64,000 nt of DNA, taken from contig DASSQQ010000102.1 in assembly GCA_035702425.1 (NCBI GenBank), positions 6,747 through 70,746 of the forward strand, read 5' to 3'. The translations under genes were made by a program, and so were the position numbers. The DNA comes from Gemmatimonadales bacterium (GTDB taxonomy: Bacteria; Gemmatimonadota; Gemmatimonadetes; Gemmatimonadales; GWC2-71-9). The notes below the pieces were generated by a model, which saw only the letters and a program-made list of their open reading frames with translations, was not told the DNA's origin and ran no database searches. Positions 16,788 to 27,799 of the stretch are shown here, piece by piece (positions within the stretch are counted from its first letter, which is position 1; each line of letters begins with the position of its first letter).

Positions 16788-18185
16788 TTAGTAGAGCAGC
16801 CAGGCGAGGACGTACAGCGTGTTGTTGTCCGACGCCTTGCGGCCGCCGCCGTTGTAGTTGGTCGTCCCGCCGTTGAACTTGCTGTACGCGACGTACTGGA
16901 ACTGGAGCCGGAAGTTCTGCCACGGCATCACGTCCCACTCCGCGATCAGTCCCCGGCTGTCGGGGCTTCCGCTCGCGGAGCCGGCGGCGGAGGAATCGGG
17001 CGCGTAGAGCCCGGCGTCCGTGGTGCCGGTGGTGCTGAAGGGCGCGAGGGTCGCGGCCCAGCGCTGGCCGTGGTGATACATCGCGTCGAAGCGGATGGTG
17101 GTGAGCTTGTCCAGCGAGTTCGCCGCGCCGCTCGACGGATCCCAGTGCTGGCGCTCCGAAATGAGCGTCCCGTCCAGCGTGGCGCTGTTCGACCCCATCA
17201 TCAGCATGTAGGCCACGTCGAAGGCCACGTCGGAGAACCGGTTGGTCGGCCCGGTCACGCCGCCCTGATACTCGGTCCCGGACATCCCGTACATCCCGAC
17301 CATCAGCGAATGCTCTCCCCAGGTGTTGGGCAGCGCCACGCGCCAGTAGGGCGCGAGACCCTTGATCACGCCGGTGGAGGTGCTGTCGAAGGGACGGGCC
17401 ACGCCCAGTTGGGCCGAGCGATAGCCGCCGACCTCGGCGTAGATCTGGTTGTTCCACATCGAGTAGGCGGTGAGGCCCGCCACCTGGCCGCCCAGGGTCC
17501 CGTCGATCATCGTGGCGGCGGTGGGAGTCGGCGCGGCGGGCGAGCTGCCGTAGGGGAAACCCCACGCCGGCGTGCTGTTCCACAGGTCCTGCACCGTCGG
17601 ATTGTTGTTGACGCTCACCCCGAACACGGTGTGTTTGGAGAAGAGCGTGGTGTTGTTGGCGTAGCGGAAATCCGCGTTGTCGATCCCCAGCGAGCCGTCC
17701 TGTGGATCGAAGGTGACCTGGAGGAACCCGCCGACGTGCGGCGTGACTTCGCCGCCGGTGAAGATGCTCACCTGGTCGGGGAAGAACACGATGCCGTTCT
17801 GGGTCCCGGGCTGGGCCTTGGCGGTGGCGGTGTAGGAGGTCTGGAACATCACCGAGAGCGGCGGCACCAGGTTGAGGAGCAGATTCTGCTCGCCCTCGGG
17901 GCTCCGGCCCTGCAGTGAGTCGGCGCGACGGAAGACGTAGCCGTTGAGCTTGAAGGCCCGTCCCATCGGCGTGAGCTCGGGGTAGTGGGTGTGGCAGGCG
18001 CTGCAGGCGAGGCCCGTCTGCCGGGCGAACGCCGGGGTCAGGTCGAAGGTTTTGTGGGCATAGGACGCTTCATACGACCGCACCGCCGCCGTCCGGTCAT
18101 ACCGGCCGCCGGAAGCGCTGAGAGCCCGGGGAACCACCGCCAGCACCGCCGTACCCGCCACCAACATCCCGAATCGACGCCACAT
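16788..18185 (-). CDS. Cyc2-like fused monoheme cytochrome c / outer-membrane beta-barrel
   Basis: Track ORF trimmed to ATG 18185 (GAGGAG 9 nt upstream). The protein has a signal peptide and a single CSACH heme motif in FARQTGLACSACHTHYPELTPMGRAFKLNGY. About 400 aa of beta-rich sequence follow and end in YVLAWLLY. Confidence 0.65.
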   Translation of the reverse strand: MWRRFGMLVAGTAVLAVVPRALSASGGRYDRTAAVRSYEASYAHKTFDLTPAFARQTGLACSACHTHYPELTPMGRAFKLNGYVFRRADSLQGRSPEGEQNLLLNLVPPLSVMFQTSYTATAKAQPGTQNGIVFFPDQVSIFTGGEVTPHVGGFLQVTFDPQDGSLGIDNADFRYANNTTLFSKHTVFGVSVNNNPTVQDLWNSTPAWGFPYGSSPAAPTPTAATMIDGTLGGQVAGLTAYSMWNNQIYAEVGGYRSAQLGVARPFDSTSTGVIKGLAPYWRVALPNTWGEHSLMVGMYGMSGTEYQGGVTGPTNRFSDVAFDVAYMLMMGSNSATLDGTLISERQHWDPSSGAANSLDKLTTIRFDAMYHHGQRWAATLAPFSTTGTTDAGLYAPDSSAAGSASGSPDSRGLIAEWDVMPWQNFRLQFQYVAYSKFNGGTTNYNGGGRKASDNNTLYVLAWLLY

Positions 18186-18285
18186 AGTCCCGCTCCTCGT
18201 GAAAGAGTGACTGACGCCGCGCGCCAACCGTCACGGTTATGGGGAACAAGGCTATGTGCGACCGAGGGTTCGGAAGGTGAAGACT

Positions 18286-19290
18286 CTATGAAGGGTTCTT
18301 CAACAACGCCCGGGCGGCGGCGAGGACCCTCGCCTCCGCCTCCGCCAGGGTTCCGTCGAGCGACGCGCCCGCCGCCTTCTTGTGGCCCCCGCCGCCGAAC
18401 TGGCCGGCGAGCCGCGCCACGTCCACGGCGCCCATGGAGCGGAACGAAACCTTGATTCGGCCGTTCGCGAGCTCGCGGAAGAGGAGCGCGAGACGCACCC
18501 CGGCGATCGAGCGCGGGAACTCCACGATGCCGTCGAGGTCGTCGGGAGAGGCGTCGTAGCGCTCGAGGGACCCGGGCGGCACGGTCACCCAGGCGAGTCC
18601 GTCCTCCACCACCAGGGTCTGCAGCACCTCGGCGGTGAGGCGAATCCGCCCCTCGGGCGCGCTGGCGTAGACCTGCTCGTAGATCGTTTCCGGATCCACG
18701 CCGCGCTCGAGGAGGTCCCCGGCGACGCGGAGGGCGCGGGCGCTGGTGTTCGAGAACCGGAACGCCCCGGTGTCGGTGAGAAGGCCGACGTAGAGCGCCC
18801 GCGCGGCGTCGGCGGGGAGTTCCCAGCCCAGCGCGGTCGCGAAATCGAAGATCAGCTCCGCGGTGGCCGCGGCCTCGGGCGCCACCAGGCGCGGCCCTTC
18901 GGGGAGGGTGCCGGGGCTGACGTGATGATCCACGCATCCCACCGGGATCTTCGCCGCGCGGACCGCCTGGCCCAGGTCGCCGAGGCGGGAGAGGTCCGCG
19001 ATGTCCAGCACGATCACCGCGTCGGCCCGGCCGATTTCCTTCACCGCCCGGTCGCTCACGTCCGCGCCGCCGGGGATCAGGAAATCGAACCGCTCCGGGA
19101 TGGGCGTGGGGTTCGCGATGAGGGGGCGCGCGCCGCGGGCGGCGAGGAGGTGCCACATCCCCACTTCACTCCCCAACCCGTCCCCGTCGGCGTTGACGTG
19201 CGTGGTCAGGACGATCCGGGCCTCCTGCTTGACGAGCTTCGCGATTTCCCGGGCGGCCGCTACGCGGTCCGGGGGAACGGTGAGGGTCAT
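18286..19290 (-). CDS. nrnA: DHH-family phosphoesterase (NrnA-like oligoribonuclease / pAp phosphatase)
   Basis: It has DHH (HVNADGDGLGS, VDHH) and DHHA1 (GGGHKKAAG) motifs. ATG at 19290 is preferred over the track's TTG at 19308. Confidence 0.85.
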   Translation of the reverse strand: MTLTVPPDRVAAAREIAKLVKQEARIVLTTHVNADGDGLGSEVGMWHLLAARGARPLIANPTPIPERFDFLIPGGADVSDRAVKEIGRADAVIVLDIADLSRLGDLGQAVRAAKIPVGCVDHHVSPGTLPEGPRLVAPEAAATAELIFDFATALGWELPADAARALYVGLLTDTGAFRFSNTSARALRVAGDLLERGVDPETIYEQVYASAPEGRIRLTAEVLQTLVVEDGLAWVTVPPGSLERYDASPDDLDGIVEFPRSIAGVRLALLFRELANGRIKVSFRSMGAVDVARLAGQFGGGGHKKAAGASLDGTLAEAEARVLAAARALLKNPS

Positions 19291-19353
19291 GAGGACAAGA
19301 TACGTCAAGACGCAAACGGTCGAGACGCTCCTGCCTCGGGGACGCCGTTCTCT

Positions 19354-20847
19354 CTAGACGCCCTTCTTCAGCGCCTGGCGCAGTTTGCTGTGCCTGACGC
19401 CGTAGGTGAAGTAGATCCCGAAGCCGATCACCAGCCACACCACCAGCCGGATCCAGGTGTCGACCGGCAGGGTGAGCATCAAGCCCAGACAGCTCACCAT
19501 GCCGAGGATGGGGACCAGGGGCACGAGCGGCGTGCGGAAGGGCCGTTCGAGATCGGGCCGGGTGTGCCGCAGGACCCAGACGCCGCCGCACACCAGCACG
19601 AACGCGAGCAGGGTGCCGATGTTGACCAGCTGCCCGAGGAGCTGAATCGGGAACAGGCCGGTGAACAGGGCGACGGCGACCCCGGTGTACATGGTCGAGA
19701 GGTACGGCGTGCGGAACCGGGGGTGCACCTTCCCCGCCCAGGGGCCGAGGAGGCCGTCGCGGGACATGGAGTAGAACACGCGGGACTGGCCGAGGAGCAT
19801 CACCAGAATGGTGGACCCGAGGCCCAGCACGGCGCCGATGGTGATGACCGGGAGGAACCAGGCGAGCTGGGGCACCATCTGCACCACGGTGATGAGCGGC
19901 GCGGGGACGTTGAGGAGCTGGTACTGCACCAGGCCGGTGAGCACCAGCGACACCAGCACGTAGAGCGCGGTGCACGCGAGGAGCGATCCCAGGATCCCCA
20001 CCGGCATGTCCTTCTGGGGGTTCTTCGCCTCCTGCGCGGCGGTGCTCACCGCGTCGAATCCGATGAACGCGAAGAAGATCACCCCCGCCCCGCGCAGCAC
20101 GCCGGACCAGCCGTAGCTCCCCCAGGCCCCGTTGTTGGGCGGCACGAAGGGGTGCCAGTTGCCGGCCTTCACGTACAGGAACCCGCAGGCGATGAAGATC
20201 AGCAGGACGCCGACCTTCACCAGCACCACGAAGGTGTTGAACCGCGCGGACTCCCGGATCCCGATCACCAGGATGGCGGTGATCGCGAGAATGATGAGGA
20301 TGGCCGGGAGATTCACCACCGCGCCGGTGCCGTTCCAGCCGGGGTGGGTACACCCCGCCACCTGCATCACCTGCGCGGCGGTGCAGACCTGGAAGGGCGG
20401 GTTCGCGACCGCGGCCGGAAGGTGGATGCCCAGGATCTCGAGGAACGCGACGAAGGTCGCGGACCACCCGGCGGCCACCGTCGCCGCGCCCATCGCGTAC
20501 TCGAGGATCAGGTCCCAGCCGATGATCCAGGCGATCAGCTCGCCCAGCGTCGCGTAGGAATACGTGTACGCGCTCCCGGCGACCGGGACCGCGCTCGCCA
20601 TCTCGGCGTAACAGAGCCCGGCGAACCCGCAGCCGATACCCGCGAAGATCATCGAGACCGGGACGGCGGGACCGGCGTAGAGCGCCGCGGCGACGCCGGT
20701 GAAGACGAAGATGCCGGCTCCCACGATGGCGCCGATGCCGAGGGTGGTGAGCTGGAGGGGGCCGAGGGTGCGCTTGAGCGCGTGTTCCCCGGGCGCATCC
20801 GCCTCGGCGCGGAGCGTCGCGATGGGTTTGGTGGCGAGGAGGTTCAT
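19354..20847 (-). CDS. APC-superfamily amino acid permease (cationic amino acid transporter-like)
   Basis: 497 aa and multi-TM, with LGIGAIVGAGIFVFTG and SAYTYSYATLGELIAWIIGWDLILEY. Confidence 0.9.
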   Translation of the reverse strand: MNLLATKPIATLRAEADAPGEHALKRTLGPLQLTTLGIGAIVGAGIFVFTGVAAALYAGPAVPVSMIFAGIGCGFAGLCYAEMASAVPVAGSAYTYSYATLGELIAWIIGWDLILEYAMGAATVAAGWSATFVAFLEILGIHLPAAVANPPFQVCTAAQVMQVAGCTHPGWNGTGAVVNLPAILIILAITAILVIGIRESARFNTFVVLVKVGVLLIFIACGFLYVKAGNWHPFVPPNNGAWGSYGWSGVLRGAGVIFFAFIGFDAVSTAAQEAKNPQKDMPVGILGSLLACTALYVLVSLVLTGLVQYQLLNVPAPLITVVQMVPQLAWFLPVITIGAVLGLGSTILVMLLGQSRVFYSMSRDGLLGPWAGKVHPRFRTPYLSTMYTGVAVALFTGLFPIQLLGQLVNIGTLLAFVLVCGGVWVLRHTRPDLERPFRTPLVPLVPILGMVSCLGLMLTLPVDTWIRLVVWLVIGFGIYFTYGVRHSKLRQALKKGV

Positions 20848-20850
20848 GGG

Positions 20851-20889
20851 GAAAAAATGCGGCGCGGCTGGATGGCTCCAACCGCGCCG
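20851..20889 (-). terminator. Intrinsic-terminator-like hairpin plus T6 tract
   Basis: The minus strand reads CGGCGCGG-14 nt-CCGCGCCG-CATTTTTTCCCC-ATG. The stem is 20860-67 / 20882-89 and the T-run is 20852-57. It ends 4 nt before the permease ATG. Confidence 0.45.
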
Positions 20890-20922
20890 GGACGACCGGG
20901 ACTTCCCGGGGGCTGAGCGGGG

Positions 20923-21753
20923 CTAGGGCGCGCCCTGGGTGAGCAGGTTCCGCCGGTAGCGCCGGGAGAGACTCACCCGCACGCCGGAGTGCAGGATCAC
21001 CACCGCGTCCCCGTGGAACCAGGGCTGGACCTCGCGGACCCGGTCGATGTTCACCAGCGCGGAGCGGTTCACGCGGCGGAAGCGCTCGCCGTCCAGCCGC
21101 TCCTCGAGGGAGGAGAGCGTGGCCCGGAGGAGGTGGGACCGCTCCCCGATGTGGAGCCGCACGTAGTTCTTCGCGGCCTCGAGCCAGTCCACGTCCGCGG
21201 TGCGGACGAAGAACGAACGCCCGTCCTCGTCCACCAGCAGGCGGTCCGCCGGCCGGCGCCGCGCAACCCGCTCCTCGAGATCGGCGAGCGCGGCGCGCCG
21301 CGCTTCCAGGTCCCGGTGGTAATCGTGGGCGTGAACGATGGCGAGGATCGCCCAGTAGACGATCACGTTCCAGTGGTAGAAGAGCGTGAAGTTGTCGAGC
21401 AGCTTGTCGGCGAAGACGAAGGGCTGGCCCGCCGCCGCGTACAGCAGATTCTGGAGCCCCACCGACAGCACCAGGTGGAGCATGGCGAGGTCCAGGCTCG
21501 CGCCCAGGTGAATGAAGAAGTGGCGGCCGAAATTCGAGCGGTCCACCTGGAAGCGGCGGCCGAACCAGGCGACCAGCGGCGCGAAGACGCCCCACAGGTA
21601 CCAGGTGGAGAGACTCGCGGCGAGGGCCTGGGCCCAGGTGCCGGGATGGGACGCGAGCCGCTGGTCAGCGAAAAAGAGCTGGAGCGAGGAGGCGAACCCC
21701 AGGAAGGACCAGAAGGCGACCCACTTGAGCCAGAGCAGAAGGCGCGCGCGCAT
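20923..21753 (-). CDS. Membrane-anchored LytTR-domain DNA-binding protein
   Basis: Track ORF trimmed to ATG 21753. The protein is 276 aa with about 4 N-terminal TM helices. The C-terminal LytTR domain reads FFVRTADVDWLEAAKNYVRLHIG..LRATLSSLEERL..FRRVNRSALVNIDRV. Confidence 0.8.
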   Translation of the reverse strand: MRARLLLWLKWVAFWSFLGFASSLQLFFADQRLASHPGTWAQALAASLSTWYLWGVFAPLVAWFGRRFQVDRSNFGRHFFIHLGASLDLAMLHLVLSVGLQNLLYAAAGQPFVFADKLLDNFTLFYHWNVIVYWAILAIVHAHDYHRDLEARRAALADLEERVARRRPADRLLVDEDGRSFFVRTADVDWLEAAKNYVRLHIGERSHLLRATLSSLEERLDGERFRRVNRSALVNIDRVREVQPWFHGDAVVILHSGVRVSLSRRYRRNLLTQGAP

Positions 21754-21756
21754 ACC

Positions 21757-21798
21757 CTGAAAAGATACGACGGCCGGCCTCCCGCGGGAGACCGGCCG
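21757..21798 (-). terminator. Terminator-like GC palindrome plus T-rich tract
   Basis: The minus strand reads CGGCCGG-TC-TCCCGCGGGA-GG-CCGGCCG, then TCGTATCTTTTCAGGGT, then the LytTR ATG (21753). Confidence 0.4.
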
Positions 21799-21818
21799 CC
21801 GGACGCGTCCTCTCCGGG

Positions 21819-23273
21819 CTACTGGGCCCGGTTCAGCCGGGAGTGCTTGTAGCTGTACGCGATATAGACCACCATCCCGATCAGGAACCAGACGATCAGC
21901 CGGATCCAGGTGACGGGCGGCAGGGACTTCATGAGGTAGGCCGCGCAGAAGGCGCCCGCCGGCGCCACGAACCACACCCACGGGGTCTTGAAGGTGCGCG
22001 GCAGGTTCGGCTCCCGCAGCCGCAGGACCAGGATGCCCACCGAGACGATCACGAACGCCAGCAGGGTGCCGATGGAGACCAGGCTCGCCGCGTCCCGGAT
22101 GGGGAGAATCGCCGAGAAGAACGCGACGGCGATGCCGGTGATGATGGACGTGATGTACGGCGTCTGGAACCGGGGATGGATCCGGTTCACGAACTGCGGC
22201 AGGAGTCCGTCCTTGGACATGGTCCAGAAGACGCGGGACTGCCCGAGGAGCATCACCAGGATCACCGAGGAGAGCCCCGCGATGGCGCCGAGCTTGATGA
22301 AGGTGGACATCCAGCCCAGGCCCGCGTGGTCGGCCACGACGGCGATGGGGTCGGGCACGTTCAAGTCCTTGTAGCTCATCACGCCGGTCGCGATCCCGGA
22401 GACCAGGATGTAGAGCACGGTGCAGATCAGGAGCGAGCCGATGATGCCGATCGGCATGTCTTTCTGGGGATTTTTCGCTTCCTGCGCCGCCGTGCTCACC
22501 GCGTCGAACCCGATGTAGGCGAAGAACACGATAGCGCCGCCGGTCATCACTCCGCTCCAGCCGAAGAGCCCCGGCTGGGGGACGCCGTTCACCACGGTCT
22601 GCGGGGGAATGAAGGGGTGCCAGTTGGCCGGGTTCACGGCCTTGGCGGCGAAGGCGATGAACAGCAGCACCACCGCCACCTTCACGAACACGATGAAGTT
22701 GTTGAAGTTCGCGGACTCCTTGATGCCGATGACCAAGAGGGCGGTGACCAGCGCGATGATGATGACGGCGGGCAGGTTGAAGATGGCCGTCACCGTGGTG
22801 CCGTCGGCGCAGGTGACCGCGACGCCCCGCGCCGCCGCGAGCGAGCAGGGCACGTTGATCCCGAAGTCGTGCAGGAAGCTCACCACGTACCCGGACCACC
22901 CGATGGCCACCGTGACCGCTCCCAGCGCGTATTCAAGGATCAGGTCCCAGCCGATGATCCAGGCGATGAGCTCGCCCAGGGTGGCGTAGCCGTAGGTGTA
23001 GGCGCTGCCGGCCATGGGGACGAGGGAGGCGAACTCGGAGTAGCAGAGCGCCGCGAAGATCGACGCGACCCCGGCCGCGACGAAGGAGAGCACCACCGCC
23101 GGCCCGGCGTTCACCGCCGCCACCGTCCCGGTGAGCACGAAGATGCCGGTGCCGATGATGGCGCCGATGCCGAGCATGGTCAGATTGAGCGCGCCCAGGG
23201 CGCGCTTCAGACTATGGTCGGTCTGGGCTTCGGCCTGCAGCTCGGTGACGCTTTTCCGTCGGAAAAGGTTCAT
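21819..23273 (-). CDS. APC-superfamily amino acid permease (paralog of 19354..20847)
   Basis: ATG at 23273 is preferred (MNLFRRKS). The same conserved blocks appear as in the other permease (LGIGAIIGTGIFVLTG, SAYTYGYATLGELIAWIIGWDLILEY). Confidence 0.9.
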   Translation of the reverse strand: MNLFRRKSVTELQAEAQTDHSLKRALGALNLTMLGIGAIIGTGIFVLTGTVAAVNAGPAVVLSFVAAGVASIFAALCYSEFASLVPMAGSAYTYGYATLGELIAWIIGWDLILEYALGAVTVAIGWSGYVVSFLHDFGINVPCSLAAARGVAVTCADGTTVTAIFNLPAVIIIALVTALLVIGIKESANFNNFIVFVKVAVVLLFIAFAAKAVNPANWHPFIPPQTVVNGVPQPGLFGWSGVMTGGAIVFFAYIGFDAVSTAAQEAKNPQKDMPIGIIGSLLICTVLYILVSGIATGVMSYKDLNVPDPIAVVADHAGLGWMSTFIKLGAIAGLSSVILVMLLGQSRVFWTMSKDGLLPQFVNRIHPRFQTPYITSIITGIAVAFFSAILPIRDAASLVSIGTLLAFVIVSVGILVLRLREPNLPRTFKTPWVWFVAPAGAFCAAYLMKSLPPVTWIRLIVWFLIGMVVYIAYSYKHSRLNRAQ

Positions 23274-23321
23274 GAGGGACCTCTTGTAAGGGAGAAGCAC
23301 TGCTTCGAGAACGTCGGTATG

Positions 23322-23350
23322 CCGGCCGCTAGAGTAGGGCGCGCGGCCGG
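23322..23350 (-). terminator. GC hairpin downstream of guaB (weak terminator candidate)
   Basis: CCGGCCGC (23322-29) pairs with GCGGCCGG (23343-50) around a 13-nt loop. No clear U-tract follows. Confidence 0.3.
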
Positions 23351-23381
23351 GGGTGTCAAGCGCGGCGGGACCCGGAATGTC

Positions 23382-25191
<1,810 letters not shown>

Positions 25192-25195
<4 letters not shown>

Positions 25196-26226
25196 GGCTC
25201 CACCTCGAGCGTGAGGAGATCCACCACGGGATTGCCGAGATACCGGCTCTTTCCGGCGCGCACCCGCGCCGTGATCCGGATGGTGGCGAGGGGCGGCAGG
25301 GTGCTGAGACCGTTCACCTTCGCGTCCGGCACCACCACGTACACGAACCCGCGCTCCGGCACCGGGCCCTGCGCGAGAAGATAGGTCGCCCCGTTCGGGA
25401 TCTCGGGGCGCAGGTCGTCCGCCTTCTCGATGGCGATGAACTGCAGGGTCCAGTTCAGCACCTGTCCCACGTAGCGCTGGGGCTCGGCGCGGAGCTCCGC
25501 GGCCGAGAGCCCGACCAGCGCGCCGGCCGGCGCCACCGCCAGATCCGAGCTCCGGACCCACCCCTCGAGCTCCACCCGGGACCAGTCGCCCGACTTGGAG
25601 AGCACCCGCAGCGGCGTGTCTCCCGCGATGGTCGCGGCGGGCGCGCCGTCGGGGGTGCGATAGACGGTGGTGCGCCGCGTCGCGGCCACGCGGCTCGCGT
25701 CCACCGCGGCGCTGTCCGGCGGATGGACGGGGACCGGAACCGCGGCGCGGGTCGAGTCCGAATCGCCGGCCGCGGTGCGGGTGGCGACGATGCCGATGAG
25801 GGGGGTCAGGTCCGCCTGCCGCATGTAGCCGTCGCGCGTCACGTGTACCCAGCGTCCCTGCTGGCCGGTCTTGTTGAGACCGAATCCCTTGATCAAGGTC
25901 GCGATCAGGTCGCCCCGGGGCGTGGCGCGAAGATTCTCTCCGCCCGCCTTCGCGACGGCGATCTGGAATTCCGGTTTGGGCGAGGGGCCGAGGGAGGTCT
26001 CGAAGATCCAGCCGTCGAGGGTGACGGGAACGAAAGCGCCTTCGGGCGCGCCCGCGGAGACGAGCGCCGTGCGGGCGACGACGGCGAGGCGTTTTCCCGC
26101 GGGCGTCTGGTAGAACCACGCGCTGTCGGTGACGACGCGGTAGCGCGCCTGGGCGGACGCGGGCGAGGGCGCGAGGGCGAGCGAAATCGCAACTGGTAGG
26201 CCGAAGAGGGCGCGGCTACATTGCAT
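25192..26226 (-). CDS. Secreted protein with SH3b-like repeats
   Basis: Track ORF trimmed to ATG 26226. The protein is 344 aa with a signal peptide (ALAPSPASAQA) and SH3-like segments (GDWSRVELEGWVRSSDL, GRWVHVTRDGYM). Confidence 0.6.
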
Positions 26227-26236
26227 TTCCTCCAAT

Positions 26237-27799
26237 ATGCCCAAGCCGAGCGCATCCCGCACCCCGGTCGTCCTGATCGTCCTCGACGGCTGGGGGTTCC
26301 GCCCCGGCGCGGACGGGAACGCCATCGAGCTCGGCAGAACTCCCGTCTGGCACCGGCTCTGGGAGCGCGCCCCGCGCGCCCTGCTCGAGGCCTCGGGGCT
26401 CGCGGTGGGACTTCCCGAAGGGCAGATGGGAAACAGCGAAGTGGGGCACCTGAACCTCGGCGCCGGACGCGTGGTGCCGCAGGACATCGTCCGCATCTCC
26501 CAGGCGATCCAGTCCGGCGAGTTTTTCCAACTCGAGCCCGCGGTCGAGTTGTGCGAGCAGGTCAAGCGGTCGAAGGGGACCCTGCACCTGATCGGGCTCA
26601 TCGGGACGGGCGGGGTGCACGCGCTCGACACCCACCTGCTCGCCGCGGTCGAGCTGGGGCGCCGCGCCGGGGTGCCGGTGGCGATCCACGCCTGGACCGA
26701 CGGACGGGACACCCTCCCCAGGTCGGGGCTCGCGTTCATGGAGGAGCTGCTGCGGCACGTGGGACGTGACACGGGAGACGGGAGCCGGACCCCGGTGGCG
26801 ATCTCGACCGTCGTGGGACGCTACTACGCGATGGACCGCGACCGGCGCTGGGACCGCACCAAGCTCGCCTACGACGCGATGGTGCACGGCGCGGCCCCCG
26901 AGGTCGCCGATCCCCTCACCGCCATCCGCGACGCCTACGCCGCGGGGGAGACCGACGAGTTCATCAAGCCCCGGGTGATCCGGGGAGCGCCGCGCATCAA
27001 GTCCGGGGACGGGGTGTTCTGCTTCAACTTCCGCGCCGACCGGATGCGGCAGATGGTGCGGGCGCTCGCGCTGGAAGGCTTCGACGGGTTCGACACCGGC
27101 GCCCGGCCGCGCGTCTCGCTCGTCACCATGACCCAGTACGACGCCACCTTTCCCTTTCCGATGGCGTTCGGTCCGATGGTGTTGCGGGAGATCGTGGGCA
27201 AGGTGCTGTCCGACCGGGGCAAGACCATGTTCCGCACCGCCGAGACCGAGAAGTACGCGCACGTCACCTACTTCTTCAACGGCGGCCTCGAGGTCCCCTT
27301 CCCCAACGAGGAGCGGCTCCTCGTGCCCTCGCAGAAAGTGGCGACCTACGACCTGATGCCCGAAATGAGCGCGCCCGGCGTGACCGACGTGCTCTGCGGC
27401 GCCATCAAGAAGGGCCGCCACGACTTCATTCTCTGCAATTACGCCAACGGGGACATGGTGGGGCACTCGGGGGTACTACCCGCCGCGGTGCGGGCGGTCG
27501 AGACGGTGGACACCTGCCTCGCCCGGGTCCTCCAGACCGCGGAAGACGCGGGCGCCACGCTCCTCATCACCGCCGACCACGGGAACTGCGAGCTGATGAT
27601 CGACCCGGCCACGGGAGGACCCCACACCGCCCACACCACCAACCCGGTGCCACTGGTGCTGGTGGGGAACGGCGGGTCCGGCAAGGTTAGCTTGCGGGCC
27701 GGCGGCTCCCTCTCGGACGTGGGCCCCACGCTGCTCCACCTGCTCGGCCTCGAGCCCCCGCCCGAAATGACGGGGAAAGATCTGCGGGAGATGGAATGA
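26237..27799 (+). CDS. gpmI: 2,3-bisphosphoglycerate-independent phosphoglycerate mutase
   Basis: 520 aa with VLDGWG, GQMGNSEVGHLNLGAGR and TADHGN motifs. Confidence 0.95.
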   Translation: MPKPSASRTPVVLIVLDGWGFRPGADGNAIELGRTPVWHRLWERAPRALLEASGLAVGLPEGQMGNSEVGHLNLGAGRVVPQDIVRISQAIQSGEFFQLEPAVELCEQVKRSKGTLHLIGLIGTGGVHALDTHLLAAVELGRRAGVPVAIHAWTDGRDTLPRSGLAFMEELLRHVGRDTGDGSRTPVAISTVVGRYYAMDRDRRWDRTKLAYDAMVHGAAPEVADPLTAIRDAYAAGETDEFIKPRVIRGAPRIKSGDGVFCFNFRADRMRQMVRALALEGFDGFDTGARPRVSLVTMTQYDATFPFPMAFGPMVLREIVGKVLSDRGKTMFRTAETEKYAHVTYFFNGGLEVPFPNEERLLVPSQKVATYDLMPEMSAPGVTDVLCGAIKKGRHDFILCNYANGDMVGHSGVLPAAVRAVETVDTCLARVLQTAEDAGATLLITADHGNCELMIDPATGGPHTAHTTNPVPLVLVGNGGSGKVSLRAGGSLSDVGPTLLHLLGLEPPPEMTGKDLREME

